The notes beneath the pieces were generated by a model. The model did not search any database and was not told the origin of the DNA. It saw only the letters and a list, made by a program, of their open reading frames with translations. A program made the position numbers and the translations under genes. DNA of 64,000 nt from positions 12,976 through 76,975 of the forward strand of contig JANLPS010000358.1 in the NCBI GenBank assembly GCA_031367385.1, given 5' to 3'. Shown here in pieces: positions 55,657 to 64,000 of the stretch. The stretch comes from Archangium sp. (GTDB taxonomy: Bacteria > Myxococcota > Myxococcia > Myxococcales > Myxococcaceae). The first letter of the stretch is position 1; each line of letters opens with the position of its first letter.

Positions 55657-56631
55657 GTGCCCACCGACCAACAGCTCGATGCCCTGCGGCTGTTGCTGCT
55701 CAACGAGCCGCCCGACTACGAGAAGGCGCGCGCGCAGTTCGCGGCTTCTGATGGGAGCGCGACGGTGTTGCCTCAGCTGGTGCTGGCCAAGAACGAGACG
55801 ATGTTCGTCACTGGCGACCTTCAGGTGAATGGGCCGGTGGTGCTCGAGCTGGGCGCACAGCTGTGGGTCGCGGGCAACTGCGAGGTCGCTGGCGTGGTGT
55901 ACTCGGTGGGCTTGCAGTACTCGCTGCTCGTCGTCGGTGGCGAGCTGCGAGCGACGACCCTGCGTTCTGCTGGTGAGATCTTCGCGCTGGCCGGGCTGAC
56001 CGCCACCACGCTCATCGGCGTGTACAATGATCACTCGACGTATGCGCCGAAGGCACGCTGCGCGACCTACATTGCCTACGACCGGGTCGACTTCATCTCG
56101 GAGCTGAGCGCCGAGACTCGGCTGACCGAGCGCGACACCATCGAGTATGGGCTGGGGCTCCTGTTTCCCGGGTTGTACCCGCGGCTGCCGGGCGAAGACG
56201 ACAACGCGTTCGATCGCCGTGAGCGTGCGTTCTTCACCGAGGGCCTGGCGCACCCCAGCCCCGAGCCGGTGTCGAGCGCCGAGCTCGAGGCCCTGCAGGC
56301 TCAGCTGGAGTCACCTGATGATCGGCAACGCCACGCCGCGCACCATGTGATTCGCAGAAAGCACCTGCTGCAGTTGGCCCCCGGCCTGGCCAGCGCCATT
56401 CGCGCGGCACCTGAGCGCTCGGCCGAGGCGCTCGACCTGTTGGCGGCGCTGGGCGAGGTCGAGGTGTTGACCTCGCTGCTCGACGGCTCGGTGACCTTCG
56501 GCCGGGTCGCGAGCGCGGTGGCCCGGGCCTTCGCCACCGCGGGGTGGCTGACGCAGGCCGAAAACCTCGGCGGGCAGTGGGTCTTCTCGGTGCGCGCAAG
56601 TGTGAATGACCCCTGGCGTCGAGTGCCCTGA
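55657..56631 (+). CDS. Hypothetical protein with beta-helix-like repeats and HEAT-like C-terminus
   Basis: GTG after CAGGAG; FVTGDLQVNG, LWVAGNCEVAG, LVVGGELRA repeats. Confidence 0.65.
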   Translation: MPTDQQLDALRLLLLNEPPDYEKARAQFAASDGSATVLPQLVLAKNETMFVTGDLQVNGPVVLELGAQLWVAGNCEVAGVVYSVGLQYSLLVVGGELRATTLRSAGEIFALAGLTATTLIGVYNDHSTYAPKARCATYIAYDRVDFISELSAETRLTERDTIEYGLGLLFPGLYPRLPGEDDNAFDRRERAFFTEGLAHPSPEPVSSAELEALQAQLESPDDRQRHAAHHVIRRKHLLQLAPGLASAIRAAPERSAEALDLLAALGEVEVLTSLLDGSVTFGRVASAVARAFATAGWLTQAENLGGQWVFSVRASVNDPWRRVP

Positions 56632-57158
56632 TGGCGGTGCGCTCACGCCAGTTCTTTGCGCGTCAGGCGCTCCACGTCGCCCGTGCGATGTTGGGTGACG
56701 TGCTCGTTCGACGATTGCCTGATGGAGACGTGCTCCGCGGCCGCATCATCGAGACCGAGGCGTACCTGGGCCCGCATGACCTGGCGAGCCATTCGTCGAA
56801 GGGGAGAACGGCGCGCACCGAGGTGATGTTCGGCGCTCCGGGGCTGGCGTACGTGTATTTCATTTACGGCATGCACTACTGCGTGAACGCGGTCACCGGC
56901 CGCGGGGCGGCGGTGCTGATTCGCGCGCTCGAGCCGTTGGGCGGGCTGCAGGCCAGGCTCGACGGGCCGGCGAGGTTGACCCGAGCGTTTGGCATCGACA
57001 AGGTGCTCAATGGCGTGGCGTTGACCGAGGCAGCGTCGCCGCTGACCGTCGAGGCGGGCGTGGCGGTGCCGAGTCGTAACGTGCTCCGCGGGCCGCGCGT
57101 GGGCTTGGGGCCGTGCGGGGTGTGGGCCGACAAGCCGTACCGATTTCGCCTCCGTTGA
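56631..57158 (+). CDS. mpg: DNA-3-methyladenine glycosylase (MPG/AAG family)
   Basis: FF.R.A..VAR.MLG, GRIIETEAYLG..D.ASHS, MFG.PG.AYVYFIYGMH.C.N, AVLIRALEP, GP.RLT.A, GPRVG, PYRF. Confidence 0.95.
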   Translation: MAVRSRQFFARQALHVARAMLGDVLVRRLPDGDVLRGRIIETEAYLGPHDLASHSSKGRTARTEVMFGAPGLAYVYFIYGMHYCVNAVTGRGAAVLIRALEPLGGLQARLDGPARLTRAFGIDKVLNGVALTEAASPLTVEAGVAVPSRNVLRGPRVGLGPCGVWADKPYRFRLR

Positions 57159-57161
57159 TCA

Positions 57162-57312
57162 TCTTCGAGGGTGATCAGGGCACTTCGATTCACTCAGGAC
57201 GCCGTTCGTCCTGAGCGAAGTCGAAGGACCCGCCCTGAGCCGTGTGACATGTGACCCATGTGGTGAGTCTTCGAGGGTGATCAGGGTCCTTCGAGTCCCT
57301 CAGGACGAACGG
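57162..57312. repeat. Cluster of REP-like elements (inverted-direct-inverted) with a 19-bp direct repeat
   Basis: Core at 57202-57231, inverted copy at 57284-57312, degenerate inverted copy at 57178-57201; TCTTCGAGGGTGATCAGGG at 57162 and 57268. Confidence 0.85.
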
Positions 57313-57357
57313 AGGTGGCTGCGAGCGCTCTCTCGTCTCCCAAAGGGAGCGGGAGAC

Positions 57358-58074
57358 TCATTTCCCGTTGATCAACGTGAGGGGGTCGGGGTCGAGCGCC
57401 GCCGCACGCTCGGCGATCTGCGCGGCCCGCGCGGTCATCGCCGGAGTGAGTGCGGTGGCATTTCGCCGTCGCGGCGCCGGCAAGACGGTCGCGAGCTGCG
57501 AAGCCTCGACCGCACTCAGCGCCCCCGGCGCTTTGTGAAACAACAGCCTCGCCGCAGCGTCTGCGCCGTACACCCCATCGGCATACTCAGCGAGGTTCAA
57601 GTGCATCTCGAGAATGCGCTTCTTGGGCCAGAACAGCTCGATGAGCCCCGTGAGATACGCCTCGATGCCCTTGCGAATGAACGAGCGCGCGGGCCACAGA
57701 AACAGGTTCTTCGCCACCTGCTGCGTCAACGTACTCGCGCCCCGAGACCCCCGGTGCTCGAGGCGGTCGTCGAGCGCGGCTGAAATCGAGTCGAAGTCGA
57801 ACCCATGGTGGGAGGGAAACTTCTGATCTTCGGCCGCGATGACCGCTCGCTGCAATTCGGGCGAAATCGAACGCAGCGGTACCCAGTGGTAGTGAATGAT
57901 CAGCGGCTTCTTTTCATCGCGAGCCTCCCACCGGCGCTCGAGCATGAACGCGCTCGTGGGCGGGTCGATGAAGCGGAGCGCACCGATGATCAACAGCGAG
58001 AGCGCCACCCACGCCCCGACGATGCGCACCGACCAGATCAGCAGCCGCCGCAGCCGGCTCGGGCCTTGAGGCAT
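57358..58074 (-). CDS. mtgA: Monofunctional biosynthetic peptidoglycan transglycosylase
   Basis: PPTSAFM, WVPL..IS..L..AVIAAEDQKF..HHGFD, RGASTLTQQVAKNLFLW, RKG.EA, KKRILE.HLN.AE. Confidence 0.95.
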   Translation of the reverse strand: MPQGPSRLRRLLIWSVRIVGAWVALSLLIIGALRFIDPPTSAFMLERRWEARDEKKPLIIHYHWVPLRSISPELQRAVIAAEDQKFPSHHGFDFDSISAALDDRLEHRGSRGASTLTQQVAKNLFLWPARSFIRKGIEAYLTGLIELFWPKKRILEMHLNLAEYADGVYGADAAARLLFHKAPGALSAVEASQLATVLPAPRRRNATALTPAMTARAAQIAERAAALDPDPLTLINGK

Positions 58075-58079
58075 GCGCT

Positions 58080-58436
58080 TCAGCGCTCGGTCTTCAAGCC
58101 CGCCGCGTTCCACGCCAGCATGCCGCCGGTCAGGTTCATCACTTTCGTGAACCCCATTCGAAGCATCGCCTGCGCCGACATGCCCGACCGCCCACCTGAC
58201 TTGCAGATGATCAGGTACTCGGCGTTTCGATCCCACCCGGCGGCGGCCAATGGCAGGCCTCCCATCGGTACCAACTGTGCGCCCGGCACGTGCCCGAGCT
58301 CACCAGTGAATTCAGCCGGTTCGCGCACATCGACCAACACCAGGTCGGCAGGCAGCGATGTGGGCAGTGCGGCCGGTGCGACATCTCTGTAGCCAGCGGG
58401 GTTCGGCTTGGCGGCGGCGGAGTCGTGGAGGGACAT
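58080..58436 (-). CDS. Rhodanese-like domain protein
   Basis: LVDVREPAEF..ELGHVPGA, ICKSGGRS, NL.GGMLAW. Confidence 0.92.
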   Translation of the reverse strand: MSLHDSAAAKPNPAGYRDVAPAALPTSLPADLVLVDVREPAEFTGELGHVPGAQLVPMGGLPLAAAGWDRNAEYLIICKSGGRSGMSAQAMLRMGFTKVMNLTGGMLAWNAAGLKTER

Positions 58437-58511
58437 GAATCGGTACCTGCCGCCATCTGAGGCGAAAGACAAGTTCGACAGCGGGCCTTCTCCCTGTATG
58501 GTCCTGCGCCC

Positions 58512-59264
58512 ATGTCTGATTCACAGCCGGTGTCGCTCCCCAGCCACTTGTGGGAAGCGCTGGATCTGATGTCGCAGGAAATCGGAGTCGGCCGAGATGC
58601 GCTCGTCGCACAGGCCGTCTTCACCCTGGCTCGTCTCAACGGTTATGTCGTTACCGGTAAAGTCGAGCGCGGTGCTGCTGCCGCCAAGCCGTATAGCTCC
58701 TCACCGTCGTCGAGCGCGTTACCCGCCAAGCCCGCGGCCGCTGCGAAGCCCGTGTCGAGGCCTCCTCCGGCGGCGCCCAGACGCGCCCCTGAGCCAGAGC
58801 CCGAACCGGAGCCTGAACCAGAGCCCGAGCAAGACCCGGTTGATGAAGAGGGCAACCCCTTCGAAGGCCAAGACAACAGCAGCGGCAATGGCAGCGACTA
58901 CCAGCAAGACCCCGAGCCAGAACCCGAGCCAGAGCCAGAACCCGCGCCGCCCCCGCCCGCCAAAGGTGGCGGCAAGCCTGCGCTAACGCTGGTCATGGCC
59001 GGCCGCGACCCGCTCAAGATGAACGGCGACGTATTCACCATCGGCCGTGGCAAGACCTGCGACTTCGTCATCGATTCAAACCGGGTCAGCCGCGAGCACG
59101 CTCGAATTCTGCGCGAGGGCGGCGGCTTCGCCCTCGAAGACCTGAACTCATCGAACGGCACCTTCTTCGGCCCCAACAAAGACAAGGTCACCCGCCGCCC
59201 CATTCGCGACGGAGACGAGTTCACCTTCGGCACCGAGAAGGTGAAGTTCTTGATTCGCAAGTAG
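58512..59264 (+). CDS. FHA-domain protein with N-terminal ribbon-helix-helix-like segment and Pro/Glu-rich linker
   Basis: IGRGKTCD, VSREHA.I, LEDLNSSNGT, I.DGD; (PE)n repeats at about 58788-58945. Confidence 0.9.
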   Translation: MSDSQPVSLPSHLWEALDLMSQEIGVGRDALVAQAVFTLARLNGYVVTGKVERGAAAAKPYSSSPSSSALPAKPAAAAKPVSRPPPAAPRRAPEPEPEPEPEPEPEQDPVDEEGNPFEGQDNSSGNGSDYQQDPEPEPEPEPEPAPPPPAKGGGKPALTLVMAGRDPLKMNGDVFTIGRGKTCDFVIDSNRVSREHARILREGGGFALEDLNSSNGTFFGPNKDKVTRRPIRDGDEFTFGTEKVKFLIRK

Positions 59265-59282
59265 TCGTCGGCCTTTGGTGCT

Positions 59283-60419
59283 TTAGCGTCTGAGCGCACC
59301 CGACCGTGCGCCGCGCGGGCCCTTGCTTGCCGAGCGCTTGAAGGCCTCGAGCACCGTGAGCTGATGCGCGAGCTCGGCGTCGGTGATGAGGCCCAAGAAA
59401 ATGTCGCGCTCGAACACGGCGACACAGGTGCAGCCGCTCATGCGCTGCCGGGCCACCTCGAGCGACTCGTGGGCTTCGACCCTCGGCACGGCCTTTTGAG
59501 TCAACGCCGCGATGTACCCGTTGCCGCCGTCGCTGCGCAGGGCATCGAGCATGGCGTGCCGCGTGACCACTCCGACGAAGCGACCGAAGTGCTCGACCGC
59601 GAAGGCGGTGGCCGGCCAGAAGATCATCGCCTGCATCGCCTCGCTGAGCACCGTGCTGGGAGCGAAGCGGGGCAGCTGCGAATTCACCGCGTCGCCCGAG
59701 CGCACGCCGTCGAGCATGCGCTGGTACTCGGTGTCTCTCACCTCGGCGCCTGCACCGAAGAAGACGAAGAGGGCAATCACCGGCAAGACGAAGTTGCCGG
59801 TCATCGCGCCAATGACGAACAGCCCAGCGGCGAGCACCCGGCCAATCACCGCCGCGGCACGGGTCGCTGTGGCTTGGCCCAGCACCCAGGCGAGACAGGC
59901 GCGGAGCACCCGCCCCCCATCCATCGGCAGCGCGGGGATGAGGTTGAACGCCGCCAACAACGCGTTGCTGGCCGCGAGCCAGGCCCAAAGCGTCAAGCCG
60001 GTGGGTGGGTGCTCGTGGCTTCGTTGCAGCGCCGCGAAGAAGGCGTCGGCACCGAACGCCCACAGGCCGCTGGCCACCAGCGCGCTGGCGATGACCACGT
60101 TGACCGCGGGGCCGGCGATCGCGATGAGCAATTCTTGCCCCGGCGTGCGGGGGCGGCTGCCGAGGCTGGCCACGCCTCCGATGGGGTAGAGGGTGATGTC
60201 GGTGACCGAGATGCCGAAGGCTTTGGCCACCAGCGAGTGCCCCAGCTCGTGCAAGACCACGCAGACGAAGACGAAGCTCGAGAGCACCGCGCCGAAGAGG
60301 GCCCCGCGGGCGCCGAACTCGCTCCACTGCCAGGCGTTGAGGGCCAGAATCAGCACGAACGAGACGTGCACGCGTATCGCGATGCCTGACACGGTGGTGA
60401 CTGTGAGCGCGCCTCGCAT
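59283..60419 (-). CDS. Site-2 protease (M50) with CBS domains
   Basis: HELGH, ITLYPIGGVA, IAIAGPAVN, FNLIPALPMDGGR; degenerate CBS pair at the C-terminus. Confidence 0.92.
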   Translation of the reverse strand: MRGALTVTTVSGIAIRVHVSFVLILALNAWQWSEFGARGALFGAVLSSFVFVCVVLHELGHSLVAKAFGISVTDITLYPIGGVASLGSRPRTPGQELLIAIAGPAVNVVIASALVASGLWAFGADAFFAALQRSHEHPPTGLTLWAWLAASNALLAAFNLIPALPMDGGRVLRACLAWVLGQATATRAAAVIGRVLAAGLFVIGAMTGNFVLPVIALFVFFGAGAEVRDTEYQRMLDGVRSGDAVNSQLPRFAPSTVLSEAMQAMIFWPATAFAVEHFGRFVGVVTRHAMLDALRSDGGNGYIAALTQKAVPRVEAHESLEVARQRMSGCTCVAVFERDIFLGLITDAELAHQLTVLEAFKRSASKGPRGARSGALRR

Positions 60420-60451
60420 TTGGAGTCGCTGAAGCGTAACGCGGCGGCACG

Positions 60452-61177
60452 GTGGTTGCGATGTGGCCGGCCGTGACTGCCCCTGCGCGTACATTTCGTG
60501 GCGCGGTGCCCACCCGCGCGGGTGGGTGGCCGCAAGAACGGCTGATCTTCTGCGGCGCGTTGGCCTCGGGCCTGTGCCTGGCGATGCTTTTGGCCCGGAG
60601 CTGGTTCGTCGGCCACTCGGCGCTCGCCTTTCTGACCTGGAACCTGTTTCTCGCCTGGGTACCGTTGGCGTTGAACGCGCTCCGCGCCCTGGGAGACCTC
60701 GGCCTGAGCGCGGTGTCGATGCCCCGCGCCACCCGCTGGGCTTTGCTCTGGCCCCTCGACCTGGGCTGGCTGGTGTTCTTGCCCAACGCGCCGTACCTGG
60801 TCACCGACCTCGTGCATCTGAGCGACCGGCCGCCGATGCCGTACTGGCTCGACCTGCTGATGTTTTGCGCGTTCGCGGGCACCGGGTGTTGGCTGGGCGT
60901 CGGCTCGCTCGACGCGGTGCTCTCGCGGCTGGCCTCGAAGCGGCTGCAGGCCGTGGTCTCGGTGCTCACCTGCCTGGGGTGTGGGTACGGCGTGTACCTG
61001 GGCCGGGTGCTGCGCCTCAACTCGTGGGACGTGGTCGACCTGCCAAGCTCGCTTTTGACCCCGCTGGCCCGGCCCGGAGCGGCGGTGTTCACCCTCGCCT
61101 TTGCGGGCTTCTTCGGTTTGGTGATGTGGGTTTTTCGCGCCGCTCAGGGCTCCAATGTCTCCACTGGAGACTCTTAG
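60452..61177 (+). CDS. DUF1361 membrane protein (start uncertain)
   Basis: FL.WNLFLAWVP, WL.FLPNAPY.VTD.VHL, G.YLGR.LR.NSWD. Confidence 0.85.
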   Translation: MVAMWPAVTAPARTFRGAVPTRAGGWPQERLIFCGALASGLCLAMLLARSWFVGHSALAFLTWNLFLAWVPLALNALRALGDLGLSAVSMPRATRWALLWPLDLGWLVFLPNAPYLVTDLVHLSDRPPMPYWLDLLMFCAFAGTGCWLGVGSLDAVLSRLASKRLQAVVSVLTCLGCGYGVYLGRVLRLNSWDVVDLPSSLLTPLARPGAAVFTLAFAGFFGLVMWVFRAAQGSNVSTGDS

Positions 61178-61316
61178 ATTTGCCAGAGCTCGTTGAAACG
61201 ACAGAAGAAATCGCCGAGCGGTTGATTCTGAGGTCAAGCTCGCGCGACTGCGCTATGAAACGGCGGTCGTTCAACCTTCCCGAACCACCGACATTTCGAA
61301 ACACGAAAGCGACCTC

Positions 61317-63710
61317 ATGAGCTTCCGGATCCGCAAGGCAGCCGTTCTCGGCGCGGGCGTGATGGGCAGCGGCATCGCCGCGCACCTCGCGAACGCAGGC
61401 ATCCCCGTTCTGCTTCTCGACATCGTGCCTCCGAAGCCCGAGCCCACCGATAAGGTCGAGTCGAAGGCCTTTCGCAACAAGTTCGCGACCGCAGCGGTGG
61501 CCAACCTGCGAAAGCAGAAGCCCGCCCCGTTGATGAGTGAAAGAGCGCTCGGGTTGATCGAGGTCGGCAACTTCGATGACGACCTGAAGCGCTTGGCCGA
61601 CTGCGACTGGGTGGTCGAGGTGATCAAAGAAGACCTGAAGCTCAAGAACGATTTGTTCGCCAAGCTCGAGGCGGTGGTCTCGAAGAGCGCCATCGTCAGC
61701 TCGAACACCTCGGGCATGAGCATCAAGGGCATGATCGAGGGTCGCAGCGAGGCCTTCAAGAAGCGGTTCTTGGTGACCCACTTCTTCAACCCGGTTCGGT
61801 ACATGAAGCTGCTCGAGCTGGTCGCGGGCGAGAAGACCGATGCCAAGGTGATGGCCGACTTCGCCACCTGGGGCGAGCGGGTGCTCGGCAAGGGCATCGT
61901 CTACGGCAAAGACACCACCAACTTCGTGGCCAACCGCATCGGCACCTACGGCATGATGCGAACCCTCAAGACGATGGACGAGGCCGGCCTCACCATCGAA
62001 GAGGTCGACAAGATCTTCGGCCCCGCGATGGCGCGCCCGAAGTCGGCGGTCTTTCGCACCGCTGACCTGGTCGGGCTCGACACGTTCTACCATGTGACCA
62101 AGAACTGCTACGACTCGCTGACCGCTGACGAGGCGCGCGAGACGTTCAAGCCTCCCGCTTTTCTTGAAGCCATGGTCGAGAAGAAGATGCTCGGCGACAA
62201 GACCGGCGGCGGTTTCTACAAGAAGAACAAGGGCGGCTCGGGCGAGAAAGAAGTGCTCGTACTCGACCTGAAGACCATGGAGTACCGCGCCCAAAACAAG
62301 GTGCGCTACGACTCCCTCGGCGCGGCGAAAGACATCGAGGCGCTGCCCGAGCGGGTGCGCACGGTGATGACCGGCACCGACAAAGCCGCCAAGTTCGCCG
62401 AGGCGGTGACCCTCGACACCCTGGCCTACGCCAGCCGGCGCTTGGGTGAAATCGCCGACGACTACGTGAACATCGACCGCGCCATGCGCTGGGGCTTCGC
62501 GTGGGACCTCGGGGCCTTCGAGACCTGGGACGCGTACGGCGTCGAGAAGGGCGTCAAGCGCATGAAGGAGCTCGGCTTCACCGTCGCCCCGTGGGTCGAA
62601 GAGATGCTCAAGAGCGGCCGCACCAGCTTCTATGCGGTCGATGGGCTCAACGACACGTATTGGGACGTGAAGTCGAAGTCGGTCAAGCGGGTGCCGGTCA
62701 CCGAGCGCCAGGTCACCGTCGAGGTGCTCAAGCGCGGCAACAAGAAGATCGACGGCAACGACTCCGCCACCGTGTGGGACATGGGCGATGGCATCGTGCA
62801 GCTCGAGTTTCATTCGAAGATGAACTCGGTCGACACGATGAACACCGAGATGATTTCGAAGGCCGTCGAGATCGCTGAGAAAGACTTTCGCGGCCTGGTG
62901 GTCGGCAATGACGGGCAGAACTTCTCGGCCGGCGCCAACATCGCGATGCTGCTCTGGGCCTGCAAAGAAGGCCAGTGGGACGACATCAAGAAGCTCGTCG
63001 CCGACTTTCAGAACGCCAATCAGCGCCTGCGGTATTCGTCGATACCTGTCGTGACTGCGCCGTTCGGCCTGGCGCTGGGCGGCGGCTGCGAGCTCACCAT
63101 GGGCGGCAACGCCCAGCAGGCCGCGGCCGAGACCTACATCGGCCTGGTCGAGGTCGGCGTCGGCCTGATACCCGGCGGCGGCGGCAACATGATGCTGCTG
63201 CGCAACCTCTTTGGCATGCACGCCGGCAGCAAAGACTTCGACGCCCTGCCCTTCATCAAGAAGGCGTTCTTCAACATCGGGCTCGCCAAGGTGGCCACCA
63301 GCGCCGAAGAAGGCAAAGAGGCCGGCTACCTGGGCTTCGACGCAGGCATTTCGATGAACAAAGACCACCTCCTGGCCGACGCCAAAGCCCGCTGCATCGG
63401 CATGGCTGACGCCGGTTTCTTGCCGCCTCGGCCGACGACGTTCTTGCTGCCCGGCCGCTCGGGCGCCGCGACCATCGACATGGCCCTCTACGACATGGTG
63501 CAAAACCACCAGGTGAGCGAGTACGACCGCCACATCGGCAAGAAGCTGGCGAGCGTCATCACGGGTGGTGACACGTCGGCGAGCGCCCTCATCAGCGAGC
63601 AGCACCTGCTCGACCTCGAGCGCGAGGCCTTCGTTTCGCTCTGCGGCGAAGCCAAGACCCAAGACCGCATCGAGTTCATGCTCAGCAAGGGCAAGCCGCT
63701 CCGTAACTAA
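61317..63710 (+). CDS. fadN: 3-hydroxyacyl-CoA dehydrogenase / enoyl-CoA hydratase (FadN-type)
   Basis: GAGVMGSGIAAHLANAG, SSNTSG, THFFNPVRYMKLLE, FVANRIG, FSAGAN, LGGGCE, GLVEVGVGLIPGGGG, GKPLRN. Confidence 0.95.
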   Translation: MSFRIRKAAVLGAGVMGSGIAAHLANAGIPVLLLDIVPPKPEPTDKVESKAFRNKFATAAVANLRKQKPAPLMSERALGLIEVGNFDDDLKRLADCDWVVEVIKEDLKLKNDLFAKLEAVVSKSAIVSSNTSGMSIKGMIEGRSEAFKKRFLVTHFFNPVRYMKLLELVAGEKTDAKVMADFATWGERVLGKGIVYGKDTTNFVANRIGTYGMMRTLKTMDEAGLTIEEVDKIFGPAMARPKSAVFRTADLVGLDTFYHVTKNCYDSLTADEARETFKPPAFLEAMVEKKMLGDKTGGGFYKKNKGGSGEKEVLVLDLKTMEYRAQNKVRYDSLGAAKDIEALPERVRTVMTGTDKAAKFAEAVTLDTLAYASRRLGEIADDYVNIDRAMRWGFAWDLGAFETWDAYGVEKGVKRMKELGFTVAPWVEEMLKSGRTSFYAVDGLNDTYWDVKSKSVKRVPVTERQVTVEVLKRGNKKIDGNDSATVWDMGDGIVQLEFHSKMNSVDTMNTEMISKAVEIAEKDFRGLVVGNDGQNFSAGANIAMLLWACKEGQWDDIKKLVADFQNANQRLRYSSIPVVTAPFGLALGGGCELTMGGNAQQAAAETYIGLVEVGVGLIPGGGGNMMLLRNLFGMHAGSKDFDALPFIKKAFFNIGLAKVATSAEEGKEAGYLGFDAGISMNKDHLLADAKARCIGMADAGFLPPRPTTFLLPGRSGAATIDMALYDMVQNHQVSEYDRHIGKKLASVITGGDTSASALISEQHLLDLEREAFVSLCGEAKTQDRIEFMLSKGKPLRN

Positions 63711-63750
63711 CCTGAACGTTCTTCACGAAGTCGACGAAGGAGACATCACC

Positions 63751-64000
63751 ATGGCTGAACGAGTCGTCATCGCGAGCACTGCCCGCACTCCGTTTACCCG
63801 CGCCAACAAGGGCGAGCTCAAAGACACCCGCCCTGACACGATGGCGGCGCACGCCATCAAGCAGGCCATCGCCCGCGTGCCGGGCCTCAAGAACGAAGAA
63901 ATCGGAGACGTGGTGCTGGGGTGCGCCATGCCCGAGGCCGAGCAAGGCATGAATATCGCGCGCATTGCCGTATTGCTCGCAGGGCTGCCGAATGTGGTTG
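63751..64000 (+). CDS. fadA: Acetyl-CoA C-acyltransferase (thiolase), runs off the right edge
   Basis: MAERVVIASTARTPF...KG.L..TRPD...IGDVVLGCAMPEAEQGMNIARIA; AAGGAG RBS. Confidence 0.93.
   Translation, partial: MAERVVIASTARTPFTRANKGELKDTRPDTMAAHAIKQAIARVPGLKNEEIGDVVLGCAMPEAEQGMNIARIAVLLAGLPNVV

Noticed and set aside
57162..57312. CRISPR array
   Set aside because: Repeats alternate in orientation, spacing is irregular, there are only 2-3 copies and no cas genes.
61089..63662. 857-aa minus-strand ORF (likewise 34005-36011, 59221-61092, 1238-2617, 23847-25262 and other long antisense or alternate-frame ORFs)
   Set aside because: Shadow ORFs of well-supported genes, expected in high-GC DNA; no motifs.

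Overview
GC-rich chromosomal segment (roughly two-thirds G+C by eye), very likely from a myxobacterium (Myxococcota). The evidence is an intact pomY-pomZ-pomX cell-division-positioning operon, a MYXO-CTERM protein, a TIGR02996-type protein, a TraB-like OmpA protein and many Cys-rich lipoproteins with D-[AGS]-G linkers. About 47 CDS are supported. They include: a type IV pilus priming cluster (a ~2040-aa PilY1 plus FimU/PilV/PilW/PilX-like pilins) followed by an FG-GAP lipoprotein, a second lipoprotein and a degenerate PilT-like protein; a secreted PHB-depolymerase-like esterase; an M11-like metalloprotease; tamAB and a second Omp85 gene; a DUF1501/c-type-heme operon; a Rieske oxygenase; and mtgA, an MPG glycosylase, an S2P protease and fadN-fadA. 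I found no rRNA, tRNA, CRISPR array or transposase. Most unusual items: (1) a ClpA/B-type double AAA+ ATPase fused to a release-factor-2-like module that lacks GGQ and SPF, a candidate ribosome-associated quality-control unfoldase; (2) an LCIB/LCIC-like beta-carbonic-anhydrase-fold protein; (3) a PilY1 whose vWA domain is split by a ~1000-aa Cys-rich insertion carrying a CBM60-like module; (4) a pervasive D-[AGS]-G motif in exported proteins; (5) a small protein ending in an SSB-like acidic tail. There are also several decayed genes, REP-like elements and operator-like palindromes. All family calls come from motif recognition by eye; no searches were run.
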